DNA of 59,626 nucleotides, counting the filler. It is 6 parts of 6 records of this genome, joined end to end, with 100 filler letters (N's around TTAATTAATTAA, not from the genome) between each part and the next. Parts side by side here need not be neighbours in the genome. Positions count along the whole stretch, not along the records: positions 48,488 to 54,095 come from SRR31156797_15235; positions 54,196 to 59,626 come from SRR31156797_15251; 4 more parts are not named here. The stretch is one strand, 5' to 3'. Of this stretch, positions 51,042 through 59,626 are shown in pieces (within the stretch, counting starts at the first letter, position 1; every line of letters begins with the position of its first letter). Made by a program: the position numbers and the translations under genes. The notes under the pieces were generated by a model, which did not search any database, was not told the origin of the DNA, and saw nothing but the letters and a program-made list of their open reading frames with translations.

Positions 51042-53414
51042 ATGAACAGAAATTCATTATTTGCACTCGCACTTATTTTTACTTTGGGTTTATTTAAAGT
51101 ATCGGCCCAGGAATTTAAGGGCTTCTTTAATTTTTCATATACCGAAACTGATGACAAAATTATTTTGGAAGTTGACCAACTTGATTCGGAGTTTTTATAC
51201 GTATCGTCGTTAGCATCGGGTGTTGGATCAAACGACTTGGGCTTAGACCGCGGACAATTGAACCGCTCTAAAGTGGTAAAATTCACACGGGCAGGAAACA
51301 AGTTGCTATTGGTTCAGCCCAATTACAGCTACCGCGCCATCAGCAATAATCCCGACGAGATAAAAGCCGTTGACGATGCTTTTGCCATTTCGGTTTTATG
51401 GGGATTTAATATTGAAAAGGAAGAAAACGGAACTTATTTAATTGATGCGACTGAGTTTTTTATGCAAGATCAGGCTGGTGTTGCAGAAAAACTAAAAGGA
51501 ACTTACAAACTGGAAAAATCGCGTTCGGCCTTGTATAAAGCTGGTCTTAAAAGTTTCCCAAAAAACAGTGAATTTGAGGCCATACTTACTTTTACCGGAA
51601 AACCAACAGGACGGTTGGTGGGCAGTGTTACTCCTACTGCCTCTGCTGTTACAGTTCGTCAGCATCATTCATTTGTAGAGTTACCTGATGACGATTACGA
51701 ACCACGAATTTATGATCCGCGTGCCGGTTATTTCGGAATTTACTACCAAGATTATGCAGTGCCAATTGAAGAGTCGATTGAGAAACGATTTATTGTACGC
51801 CATCGTCTGAAAAAGAAAGATCCGGATTCAACAATCAGCGAACCTGTTGAACCAATTGTTTACTACGTAGACCGTGGTGCTCCAGAACCAATAAAATCGG
51901 CTCTTATTGAGGGAGCAAGCTGGTGGAACCAGGCCTATGAAGCAGCAGGATTTAAAAATGCTTTTATTGTTAAGGAAATGCCTGAGGGCGCTGATATGTT
52001 AGATGTTCGCTACAATGTAATCCAGTGGGTTCATCGTTCTACCCGGGGCTGGTCGTATGGTGCATCTGTTTCCGATCCGCGGACGGGAGAAATAATCAAA
52101 GGCCATGTATCACTTGGATCGCTTCGGGTTCGTCAGGATTTTATGATCGCTCAAGGATTGATATCACCGTATGGAGATGATGAAAAGGAAGTACAGCGTG
52201 CTAAAGAAATGGCTTTGGCAAGAATTCGCCAGCTTTCGGCTCACGAAGTCGGGCATACCATTGGTTTGGCACATGCTTATAGTTCAAGTGCGGAAGGACG
52301 AACTTCAGTAATGGACTACCCTCACCCATTGGTTAAGCTAAACGGCGGTGAAATAGATTTATCAAATGCCTATGACGATAAAATAGGAGAATGGGATAAA
52401 GTTGCCATAAAATACGGATACTCCGATTTTCCCGCTGGAGCAGATGAAAAAGCTGAACTAAACAAAATTATTGATAAGAGTTTAAAAGAAGGAATGTCGC
52501 TTTTATCGGATGCAACTTCAGCCGGAGGTGCTCATCCTTATACCCATCAGTGGGACAACGGTGCAAATCCTTATGATGAATTATTACGTATGATGGAGAT
52601 ACGCAAGGTTGCACTCCGTAAATTTGGAGAAAACACCATTCCTGCAGGAAAACCTTATGCCGATTTGGAGGATGTGCTTGTGCCGTTATATTATTTCCAC
52701 CGTTATCAAATTACAGCTACATCGAAAGTTATTGGCGGATTGGATTATCGTTATGCACTTAAAGGTGATGGGCAATTTACCACCAAATTCATTTCCGGGG
52801 AAGAACAGGAGAAAGCACTTATGGCCCTGCTTAAAGCAGTATCGCCCGAAGCTTTGGCAATCCCGGAAGAACTATTGCAAATGATTCCTCCAAAACCAAT
52901 GGGGCATTACCGGAGCCCGGCAGAAAATATAAAAACAAAAACGGGTGTAACTTTCGATCCCTTAAGTGCTGCCCAGGCCGTTGCCAATATGGTATTTAGC
53001 GAATTAACCAATCCTCAGCGTGCCCAGCGCCTGCTTGAATACCACAGTCGTAACACCAAACAACCCGGATTAGAAAAGGTGTTGGATGAGATAATTAAAA
53101 CGACCTGGAAATCGGAAAAACAGGCCGGTTATTTTGGCGAGCTGCAAAAAGTGACCGACAATTCGTTTTTAACCTACCTGATGGGACTTGCAGTTGACGA
53201 AAATGCTTCTGATGAAGTAAAAGCCATTGCCTGGTTAAAGCTTCATGAATTATCCAGTTACGCGGCGCAAAAGTTTGAATCTTTGGGTGTATCAGAGAAA
53301 GCACATTTTGGATATGCTATGTCCAGGTTAGCTCATTTTGAAAAAGAGCCGGAGAAATTTAAAATTGAACGTCAGGTGATGCCTCCGCAAGGAGCTCCGA
53401 TAGGCATGAACTAA
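51042..53414 (+). CDS. Secreted zinc-dependent metalloprotease (DUF5117/DUF4953, EcxA-like)
   Basis: Signal peptide; DPRAGYF, PIVYYVD, DPRTGEII, HEVGHTIGLAH, SVMDY Met-turn. Confidence 0.9.
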   Translation: MNRNSLFALALIFTLGLFKVSAQEFKGFFNFSYTETDDKIILEVDQLDSEFLYVSSLASGVGSNDLGLDRGQLNRSKVVKFTRAGNKLLLVQPNYSYRAISNNPDEIKAVDDAFAISVLWGFNIEKEENGTYLIDATEFFMQDQAGVAEKLKGTYKLEKSRSALYKAGLKSFPKNSEFEAILTFTGKPTGRLVGSVTPTASAVTVRQHHSFVELPDDDYEPRIYDPRAGYFGIYYQDYAVPIEESIEKRFIVRHRLKKKDPDSTISEPVEPIVYYVDRGAPEPIKSALIEGASWWNQAYEAAGFKNAFIVKEMPEGADMLDVRYNVIQWVHRSTRGWSYGASVSDPRTGEIIKGHVSLGSLRVRQDFMIAQGLISPYGDDEKEVQRAKEMALARIRQLSAHEVGHTIGLAHAYSSSAEGRTSVMDYPHPLVKLNGGEIDLSNAYDDKIGEWDKVAIKYGYSDFPAGADEKAELNKIIDKSLKEGMSLLSDATSAGGAHPYTHQWDNGANPYDELLRMMEIRKVALRKFGENTIPAGKPYADLEDVLVPLYYFHRYQITATSKVIGGLDYRYALKGDGQFTTKFISGEEQEKALMALLKAVSPEALAIPEELLQMIPPKPMGHYRSPAENIKTKTGVTFDPLSAAQAVANMVFSELTNPQRAQRLLEYHSRNTKQPGLEKVLDEIIKTTWKSEKQAGYFGELQKVTDNSFLTYLMGLAVDENASDEVKAIAWLKLHELSSYAAQKFESLGVSEKAHFGYAMSRLAHFEKEPEKFKIERQVMPPQGAPIGMN

Positions 53415-53427
53415 AAAGCAATCAAAT

Positions 53428-53478
53428 AAAAAAACGAAGGCCGTTCCTTTCTAGTAAAACAAGGAACGGCCTTTTTTT
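53428..53478. terminator. Bidirectional intrinsic terminator
   Basis: AAGGCCGTTCCTT/AAGGAACGGCCTT stem flanked by A and T tracts between convergent genes. Confidence 0.85.
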
Positions 53479-53494
53479 ATTCTTCTATTTATAA

Positions 53495-54094
53495 CTATAA
53501 TGTAACACCTGTTTTAAAGATCGCTATTTCTTTAAAACCTGTCTTTTCGTGATTCAATTGTTTGCCACTGGCAATTTCAATTACAAACTGAACAAATTCT
53601 TCAAGGAGTTCATCCATTGTTTTACCTTCCAGTAAACTTCCGGCATTAAAATCGATCCAGTTTTTCTTTTTATTGAACAAATCCGAATTGGTTGAGATTT
53701 TCATGGTTGGCACAAAACTACCAAACGGCGTTCCCCGACCTGTGGTAAATAACACCATCTGACAACCACTAAAACCCAAAGCCGATGCAGCAACTAAATC
53801 ATTACCTGGCGACGATAAAAGGTTTAAACCTTTTGTTTTAATCGGCTCGGCATATTTCAGTACGTCAACTACGGTTGCTACTCCTCCTTTTTGAGTACAG
53901 CCCAACGATTTATCTTCAAGGGTTGAAATACCTCCCTTTTTATTTCCAGGTGAAGGATTTTCGTAAACCGGCAGGTTATGTTGCAAGTAATAATCTTTAA
54001 AGTCATTAATCAAACTTACCGTTTTATCAAACACCTCTTTGTTTTGAGCACGTTCCATCAATAACGTTTCGGCACCAAACATTTCCGGTACTTC
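53495..54094 (-). CDS. uxaA: Altronate dehydratase C-terminus (5' truncated)
   Basis: EVPEMFGAE, ENPSPGNKKGGISTLEDKSLGC, PGND, FTTGRGTP, EIAIFKTGVTL. Confidence 0.92.
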   Translation of the reverse strand, partial: EVPEMFGAETLLMERAQNKEVFDKTVSLINDFKDYYLQHNLPVYENPSPGNKKGGISTLEDKSLGCTQKGGVATVVDVLKYAEPIKTKGLNLLSSPGNDLVAASALGFSGCQMVLFTTGRGTPFGSFVPTMKISTNSDLFNKKKNWIDFNAGSLLEGKTMDELLEEFVQFVIEIASGKQLNHEKTGFKEIAIFKTGVTL

Positions 54095-54095
54095 G

Positions 54096-54195
54096 NNNNN
54101 NNNNNNNNNNNNNNNNNNNNNNNNNNNNNNNNNNNNNNNTTAATTAATTAANNNNNNNNNNNNNNNNNNNNNNNNNNNNNNNNNNNNNNNNNNNN
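54096..54195. other. Artificial contig linker
   Basis: N44-TTAATTAATTAA-N44. Confidence 0.99.
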
Positions 54196-54196
54196 A

Positions 54197-54559
54197 ACCC
54201 AATTAATTCCAAATGATTTTCTTGTTTACAACAAACACAACCAACACATTAGCAAAATCAATAAAAACATTAGCAAACATATAGCATGGCGCGACAACCT
54301 ATTGGTTTTTGATGAAACACCACTGGCCGAAATGGCACTAACGCTGGAACGTTGGTACGGTATTGATGTTGAAGTTAAAGATACAGAACTGTTAAAATAT
54401 AAATTTACTGCAACGTTTGAGAACGAATCGTTGTTGCAGGTTATTGAACTACTTGAACTAAGCTCTCCGATTAAGATCGACTACATTCGTACCAGGTTGG
54501 ATGAACAGTCGAATATCATTAGCAAAGCAAAAATTATTATTAACCAAAAACATAACTAA
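54197..54559 (+). CDS. FecR-family anti-sigma factor C-terminus (5' truncated)
   Basis: AWRDNLLVFDETPL, LERWYGIDV, FTATFENESL; directly upstream of STN-susC. Confidence 0.9.
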   Translation, partial: TQLIPNDFLVYNKHNQHISKINKNISKHIAWRDNLLVFDETPLAEMALTLERWYGIDVEVKDTELLKYKFTATFENESLLQVIELLELSSPIKIDYIRTRLDEQSNIISKAKIIINQKHN

Positions 54560-54565
54560 ACAATG

Positions 54566-54593
54566 AAAAAAAGGAGGTGCGCCAACACCTCCT
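54566..54593 (-). terminator. Minus-strand intrinsic terminator between fecR and susC (candidate antisense sRNA end)
   Basis: Minus strand AGGAGGTG-TTGGCG-CACCTCCT-TTTTTT. Confidence 0.65.
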
Positions 54594-54638
54594 CACAACA
54601 ACTAAATAAAATTAGTCATTAACAAAACATGCGAATTT

Positions 54639-57600
54639 ATGAAAAAAAACGACGAATTTTTGTGTCTATACAACAGACACAAGAAAAAACTTATGATTAT
54701 GCGTAATGCTATTCTAATTCTGCTGATTAGCTCTTTTCAGGTGTTTGCAACCGGGGGTTATTCACAGACAAAAAAACTGAACCTGAATCTCCAAAATGCA
54801 ACCATCAAACAAGTATTAACCGAAATAGAAAGTCAGAGTGAATTCTATTTTTTGTACAACAGCGAATTAATCGATGTAACTAAAAAAGTAACTGTCTCTG
54901 TTGAAGAACGAAAAATTGATGATGTTTTATCTCAATTATTTCCCGATGGAAATGTAAACGTATTAATTAAAGACAGGCATATTGTACTAACACCTGCCGA
55001 AACCAATGCAGAGCAAGACAAATCAGTTAGTGGTACTGTTAAGGCTTTGGATGGCTGGCCGTTACCGGGTGTTACAATTATGGTAAAGGGGGCTAACAAA
55101 GGAACTGTTTCTCAAGCAGATGGGAGTTACCAGATTACAGGTATCGAAAGTGATGATGTTCTGATATTCTCATTTATTGGCATGAAAACCAAGGAGATTT
55201 TAGTGGGCAACCAAACCGTTATCGTTGTTACGCTGGAGGAAGAAGCTATAGGTCTTGAAGAAGTAGTAGCCATTGGTTACGGTACGGTAAAAAAACGAGA
55301 ACTAACCGGTTCTGTTTCTTCCGTAAAATCAGGTGATTTTAATGAGATCGCCAGTTCGGATGCCATGCAATTAATTCAAGGTAAAGTAGCTGGTTTAAGC
55401 ATTACCCGTACCAATGGAGGTGATCCAACCGAAGGATTTGAGATTCGTCTTCGTGGTGCCTCAAGTATTAGTGCCAGCCAGGAACCTCTTGTTGTGGTTG
55501 ATGGAATACCTGGAGGAAACCTTAACTCAATTGCTCCGGAAGACATTGAGTCTATGGATATTCTGAAAGACGGCTCGGCAGCTGCCATTTACGGTACCCG
55601 AGGAACAAATGGTGTTATACTGGTAACTACCAAGAGTGGGAAAAGTGGTACAATGTCGGTTGAATTTACATCAAAACTTACCACTCAATCAATCTTAAAA
55701 CGCATCGAAGTTTTAAATGCCGATGAATATCTTGAAATGAAATCGAGGTTACAAACTACGCATCCAGAAGTGGCTTCGGGTATGGTCGATTATGGCTACG
55801 ACACCGATTGGTTTGATGAAATTACACGCTCTCCATTCAGCCACGTAGAACATTTGGCATTAAGTGGGGGAATGAATAATACAACTTATCGGCTATCACT
55901 ATACTATACCGATCAGGAAGGTGTTTTATTAAATTCCGGCATGGAAGAATACAGAGCTAACCTGAATCTAAAACAAATGGCCTTGAACGATAAACTTCAG
56001 TTTAATATTCAGCTGGGATTGTCTGATCGCACCGAACATCCGGTTAATTACGATGCTTTTCGTCAGGCTATAAAACGAAACCCTACTGAACCAGTTTATG
56101 ATGAAAGCGGTGAACTTTTCGAAATTGACGGCTGGCAATATGAAAACCCGGTAGGACAATTAACAGAAAGAACCCGCGACAATACCTTCTCACATTTATT
56201 TGCCAATGTTGGAGCAACTCTTTATATCACCGACTGGCTAAAAACGGGTATTGTTGGAGGTTTACAAAAAACACGTTCGCTCGACGGTTATTACGAGCCA
56301 AGTTATTCACAACCTCAGGAACAATCAGGTACTACAGGCACCGCTATGCGACGGGCAGCAGCGAATGATACCAAAACACTTGAAACCACCATTGACTTTA
56401 ATAAATCGTTTGACGATCATACCATTAGTGCAACTGCCGGTTATTCTTTCCAGGAGTTTGTAAACGAAGGTTTTGAAGCAGAAAATACCAACTTCATTTC
56501 TGACGATTTACTATACAACAGTCTTGGATCGGGGACAAAACTACGTGAGGGAGATGCTGATATGAGTTCATATAAAAATACCAACCGCCTGGTGGGATTT
56601 TTTGCCAGGGCTTCGTACAATTATAAAGGAAAATATTTCCTTTCGGCCAGTATCCGTCGCGAAGGTTCCTCTAAATTTGGGGACAATAATAAATGGGGTA
56701 CTTTTCCGGCTATTTCAGGTGCCTGGGATTTAACAAAAGAAGGATTTTTATCGAATTCAAAACTCGAACAATTAAAAGTACGTGCCGGTTATGGTGTTAC
56801 CGGTAACCAGGGCATCGATTCCTATTTGTCACTTTCGAGAATGGCAGAATCAGGATATTTCTTCTACAACGGAAGTTTCATTCCAGGATATGGGCCCGAT
56901 AGTAATCCAAATCCGAATTTGAAGTGGGAAACAAAACACGAATACAATATTGGTATAGACTGGGCCTTAAGCAAAGGACGTATTGGTGGTTCGGTTGATT
57001 TTTATGTTCGCGACACAAAAGACTTGTTACACTACTACGATGTGCCGGTTCCTCCAAACTTGTATGAAGAAACCATGGCAAATGTTGGCTCGATGCGAAA
57101 TTCAGGTATTGAATTTTCGATTAGTGCAATTCCTGTTCAGAGTTCCGACTTCCAATGGAATATTGAATTTAATGCAGATTTCAGGAAAAATGAACTATTA
57201 TCCTTGTCGAATGAATATTATTCATTGGAGTACCGCAACGTGGGTGAAATCGGTTCGCCTGGTGTTTCTGCTTGGACTCACCGTTATTATGAAGGAGGAT
57301 CGATAGGCAATATGCACGGTTATATTTACGAAGGCCTTACCGACGAAGGAAAATGGATTTTTAAAGATACCGACGGTGTTGAAGGTATAACCATTGAAGA
57401 CAGAACAGATATTGGAAATGGGATTCCTGATTTCTATGCTGGTATAACCAACTCTTTCCGTTATAAACAATGGGATATGACTGTTATGTTCCGTGGTATG
57501 TTTGGCCACCAAATAATAAACCACAAACGTATTTTTTACGAAAACCCAATTATGCTGCCATTAAATATTATGAAATCGGGAATGGATTCAGAAATTTGGG

Positions 57601-57869
57601 ACAATCCGAACTACTCCGACTACTACATTGAAAATGGTGACTTTGTAAAACTTGACAACCTAACCATTGGGTACAATCTAAAATTAAAAGATACCAAATG
57701 GATCAAGTCGGGTAGGTTTTTTGCAACAGGAACCAACTTGCTTTGTATCACCGGCTATTCCGGAATCGATCCTGAAGGTTCGATTGGAGGATTAACCCCG
57801 GGCGTTGATTCGCGCGGCGATTACCCAAGTACGAGAACTTACACCATTGGATTTAACCTTAAATTTTAA
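54639..57869 (+). CDS. susC: SusC/RagA TonB-dependent transducer with N-terminal STN domain
   Basis: STN-like N-terminus, EEVVAIGYG, LKDGSAAAIYGTRGTNGVILVTTK, NPNLKWE, C-terminal F. Confidence 0.95.
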   Translation: MKKNDEFLCLYNRHKKKLMIMRNAILILLISSFQVFATGGYSQTKKLNLNLQNATIKQVLTEIESQSEFYFLYNSELIDVTKKVTVSVEERKIDDVLSQLFPDGNVNVLIKDRHIVLTPAETNAEQDKSVSGTVKALDGWPLPGVTIMVKGANKGTVSQADGSYQITGIESDDVLIFSFIGMKTKEILVGNQTVIVVTLEEEAIGLEEVVAIGYGTVKKRELTGSVSSVKSGDFNEIASSDAMQLIQGKVAGLSITRTNGGDPTEGFEIRLRGASSISASQEPLVVVDGIPGGNLNSIAPEDIESMDILKDGSAAAIYGTRGTNGVILVTTKSGKSGTMSVEFTSKLTTQSILKRIEVLNADEYLEMKSRLQTTHPEVASGMVDYGYDTDWFDEITRSPFSHVEHLALSGGMNNTTYRLSLYYTDQEGVLLNSGMEEYRANLNLKQMALNDKLQFNIQLGLSDRTEHPVNYDAFRQAIKRNPTEPVYDESGELFEIDGWQYENPVGQLTERTRDNTFSHLFANVGATLYITDWLKTGIVGGLQKTRSLDGYYEPSYSQPQEQSGTTGTAMRRAAANDTKTLETTIDFNKSFDDHTISATAGYSFQEFVNEGFEAENTNFISDDLLYNSLGSGTKLREGDADMSSYKNTNRLVGFFARASYNYKGKYFLSASIRREGSSKFGDNNKWGTFPAISGAWDLTKEGFLSNSKLEQLKVRAGYGVTGNQGIDSYLSLSRMAESGYFFYNGSFIPGYGPDSNPNPNLKWETKHEYNIGIDWALSKGRIGGSVDFYVRDTKDLLHYYDVPVPPNLYEETMANVGSMRNSGIEFSISAIPVQSSDFQWNIEFNADFRKNELLSLSNEYYSLEYRNVGEIGSPGVSAWTHRYYEGGSIGNMHGYIYEGLTDEGKWIFKDTDGVEGITIEDRTDIGNGIPDFYAGITNSFRYKQWDMTVMFRGMFGHQIINHKRIFYENPIMLPLNIMKSGMDSEIWDNPNYSDYYIENGDFVKLDNLTIGYNLKLKDTKWIKSGRFFATGTNLLCITGYSGIDPEGSIGGLTPGVDSRGDYPSTRTYTIGFNLKF

Positions 57870-57880
57870 AAATGCGAATC

Positions 57881-59416
57881 ATGAAAAAATTAATAATATT
57901 ACTGTTAGGCATATTTGTTTTCTGGTCGTGTACCGATCTGGAAGAAGAGGTGTATGATACCATTGTTAGCGATAATTTTTATGAAACAGAGAAGCAAGTA
58001 TTAGCTGCAGCCGGTCCGGCCTATGATGAATTAAGAAGATATTGCCAGGTACATGGGGTATGGGGAATAAACTGCTTTTCGTCTGATGAAGCCGTTTTAC
58101 CCACCAGAGGAATTCACTGGTACAACGGAGGAATGTTCCAACGTTTAGCCAATCACGAATGGACTTCGGAAGAAGGGATTTTAAATGATTCGTGGAAATT
58201 TACTTACAATGTGGCATCAAATTGCAACAGGCTATTATACCAGTTTGATCTGATTGAAGATAAAAGTGAAGCCTTAATAAGCATTATAAATGAGCTTAAG
58301 GGCATTAGGGCTTTTGCCTACTTTATTGGAATGGATGCCTTTGGAAATATTCCTATTGTTGACAAGTTTGATGTTCCTGATGGTTATGCACCAGAGACCA
58401 ATTCTCGTGCAGAAGTTTTTGAATTTGTTAAAACCGAGTTAGAAAATGGTGTTGATGAGTTAAGCAAAGCAACTGATATGACCACCTACGGACGAATGCA
58501 CTATTATGCAGCTCAGGCTCTGTTAGCAAAACTATACCTAAATGCCGAAGTTTATGCGGGCCAAACCATGTGGGACGATTGTATAAATGCATGTGATGCC
58601 ATCATTAATTCTGGTGAATACTCGTTGTCTTCCGACTATTTCTCGAACTATGCTATCGAGAATGATGGTTCGTCTGAAAACATTTTTGTTATTCCTTTTG
58701 ATGATACCTACACTAAAACCTGGGGAAAAATGAACCAGTTCCAATATTGGACTTTGCATTTTACAGCCAATAAAACTTTTGGTATGGAAGCTGGTGGCTG
58801 GAACGGATTCTGCTGTATGCCTTCATTTTATAAATCATATGATGAAGATGATTTAAGAAGAAATATCTGGCTCGTAGGTCCTCAACTTTCTAAAACAGGA
58901 GAAGTACTTTATTGCAATCAGGAGTTAGCAGGAAAACCGCTTTCTTATACGATAGACCTGACCTCACTTGAAGGATCTTTTGAAGACGAAGGTGCACGAT
59001 TGGCCAAATACGATTATACCGGTGCAAAAAACTGGACAGTTTCGTGCGATTACGCTGTTATACGTTATGCCGACATCTTACTAATGAAAGCAGAAGCCCT
59101 TATGCGTAAAAACGGGGGCATCGCAACTTCGGATGCCGTAGATCTTGTAAATGAAGTACGAGGCAGAGGTTTTGAAGATCCGACTGATAAACTGTACACT
59201 ACTGCAACTTTAACTATGGAAGCATTATTAGCTGAGCGTGGTTGGGAGTTTGCCGGCGAAGGTTGGAGAAGAAATGATCAGATCAGGTTTAGCGATTTTG
59301 TTACAGGCCGCTGGACTTTTAAAGACAGTGATTCTCCAGAATTCAGGGAAATTTACCCGATACCACAATCGCAAATAAATGCCAATCCTAACCTGACACA
59401 AAATCCTAGATACTAA
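57881..59416 (+). CDS. susD: SusD/RagB nutrient-binding lipoprotein
   Basis: Lipobox FWS-C, LLAKLYLNA, IRYADILLMKAEA, ERGWEFAGEGWRRND, QNPRY. Confidence 0.95.
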   Translation: MKKLIILLLGIFVFWSCTDLEEEVYDTIVSDNFYETEKQVLAAAGPAYDELRRYCQVHGVWGINCFSSDEAVLPTRGIHWYNGGMFQRLANHEWTSEEGILNDSWKFTYNVASNCNRLLYQFDLIEDKSEALISIINELKGIRAFAYFIGMDAFGNIPIVDKFDVPDGYAPETNSRAEVFEFVKTELENGVDELSKATDMTTYGRMHYYAAQALLAKLYLNAEVYAGQTMWDDCINACDAIINSGEYSLSSDYFSNYAIENDGSSENIFVIPFDDTYTKTWGKMNQFQYWTLHFTANKTFGMEAGGWNGFCCMPSFYKSYDEDDLRRNIWLVGPQLSKTGEVLYCNQELAGKPLSYTIDLTSLEGSFEDEGARLAKYDYTGAKNWTVSCDYAVIRYADILLMKAEALMRKNGGIATSDAVDLVNEVRGRGFEDPTDKLYTTATLTMEALLAERGWEFAGEGWRRNDQIRFSDFVTGRWTFKDSDSPEFREIYPIPQSQINANPNLTQNPRY

Positions 59417-59449
59417 ATATTCAGGGGTATCAATAGTCTGATTTAGTTT

Positions 59450-59489
59450 AATAAAAAAGAGGTTCCATTAGCAGAACCTCTTTTTTATT
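59450..59489. terminator. Bidirectional intrinsic terminator after susD
   Basis: AATAAAAAAGAGGTTC/GAACCTCTTTTTTATT. Confidence 0.85.
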
Positions 59490-59626
59490 GCCATAATACA
59501 GAATTACAATTGGATTATAAAATACCGCATTGGATGCGACAATTATTTATGATCTATCAAGACGAAAAATTTTAGCATATTAGCTATGTTATAATCTTTC
59601 AACGAAGAGAAATCGAAAAAGAATAA

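Noticed and set aside
13280-54151. Recurrent palindrome TTAATTAATTAA as a biological repeat or CRISPR
   Set aside because: Always centred in N44 padding; assembly linker

Overview
This window is not one locus. It is six unrelated contigs joined by an artificial 100-nt linker (N44-TTAATTAATTAA-N44), so nothing can be inferred across the joins. (1) 1-13235: Vibrio-like S10-spc-alpha ribosomal protein operons (rplC to rplQ, secY, rpoA), ordinary. (2) 13336-20617: AT-rich contig (Fusobacteriota/Firmicutes-like, inferred) with a lipoprotein, a GH15 glucoamylase-like enzyme, and an HxlR regulator divergent from radical SAM-MFS-chemoreceptor genes. (3) 20718-43085: Desulfobacterota-like contig (inferred) and the most interesting part. 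It holds a PilR-like activator end, a very short aromatic-rich type IVa pilin (PilA-N/e-pilin type) with a separate Ser/Thr-rich PilA-C-like partner, a PilGHI/Xap-type ABC system, a TMTC-like GT-C glycosyltransferase with TPRs, and a divergent polyprenyl-phosphate phosphoribosyltransferase (UbiA family). It also carries glf and a Wzm/Wzt-exported glycan cluster with two putative amide-forming enzymes, and it ends in an unannotated IS transposase tail. Best candidate for an undescribed system: lipid-linked pentofuranose plus TMTC-like O-glycosylation of a split conductive-type pilus. (4) 43186-48387, (5) 48488-54095 and (6) 54196-59626 are Bacteroidota-like contigs: GH16, PD40 protein and GH172/DUF2961; a large unknown protein, a zinc metalloprotease and the uxaA end; and fecR-susC-susD with a probable antisense sRNA terminator. 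Family assignments come from recognising motifs by eye; no searches were run.
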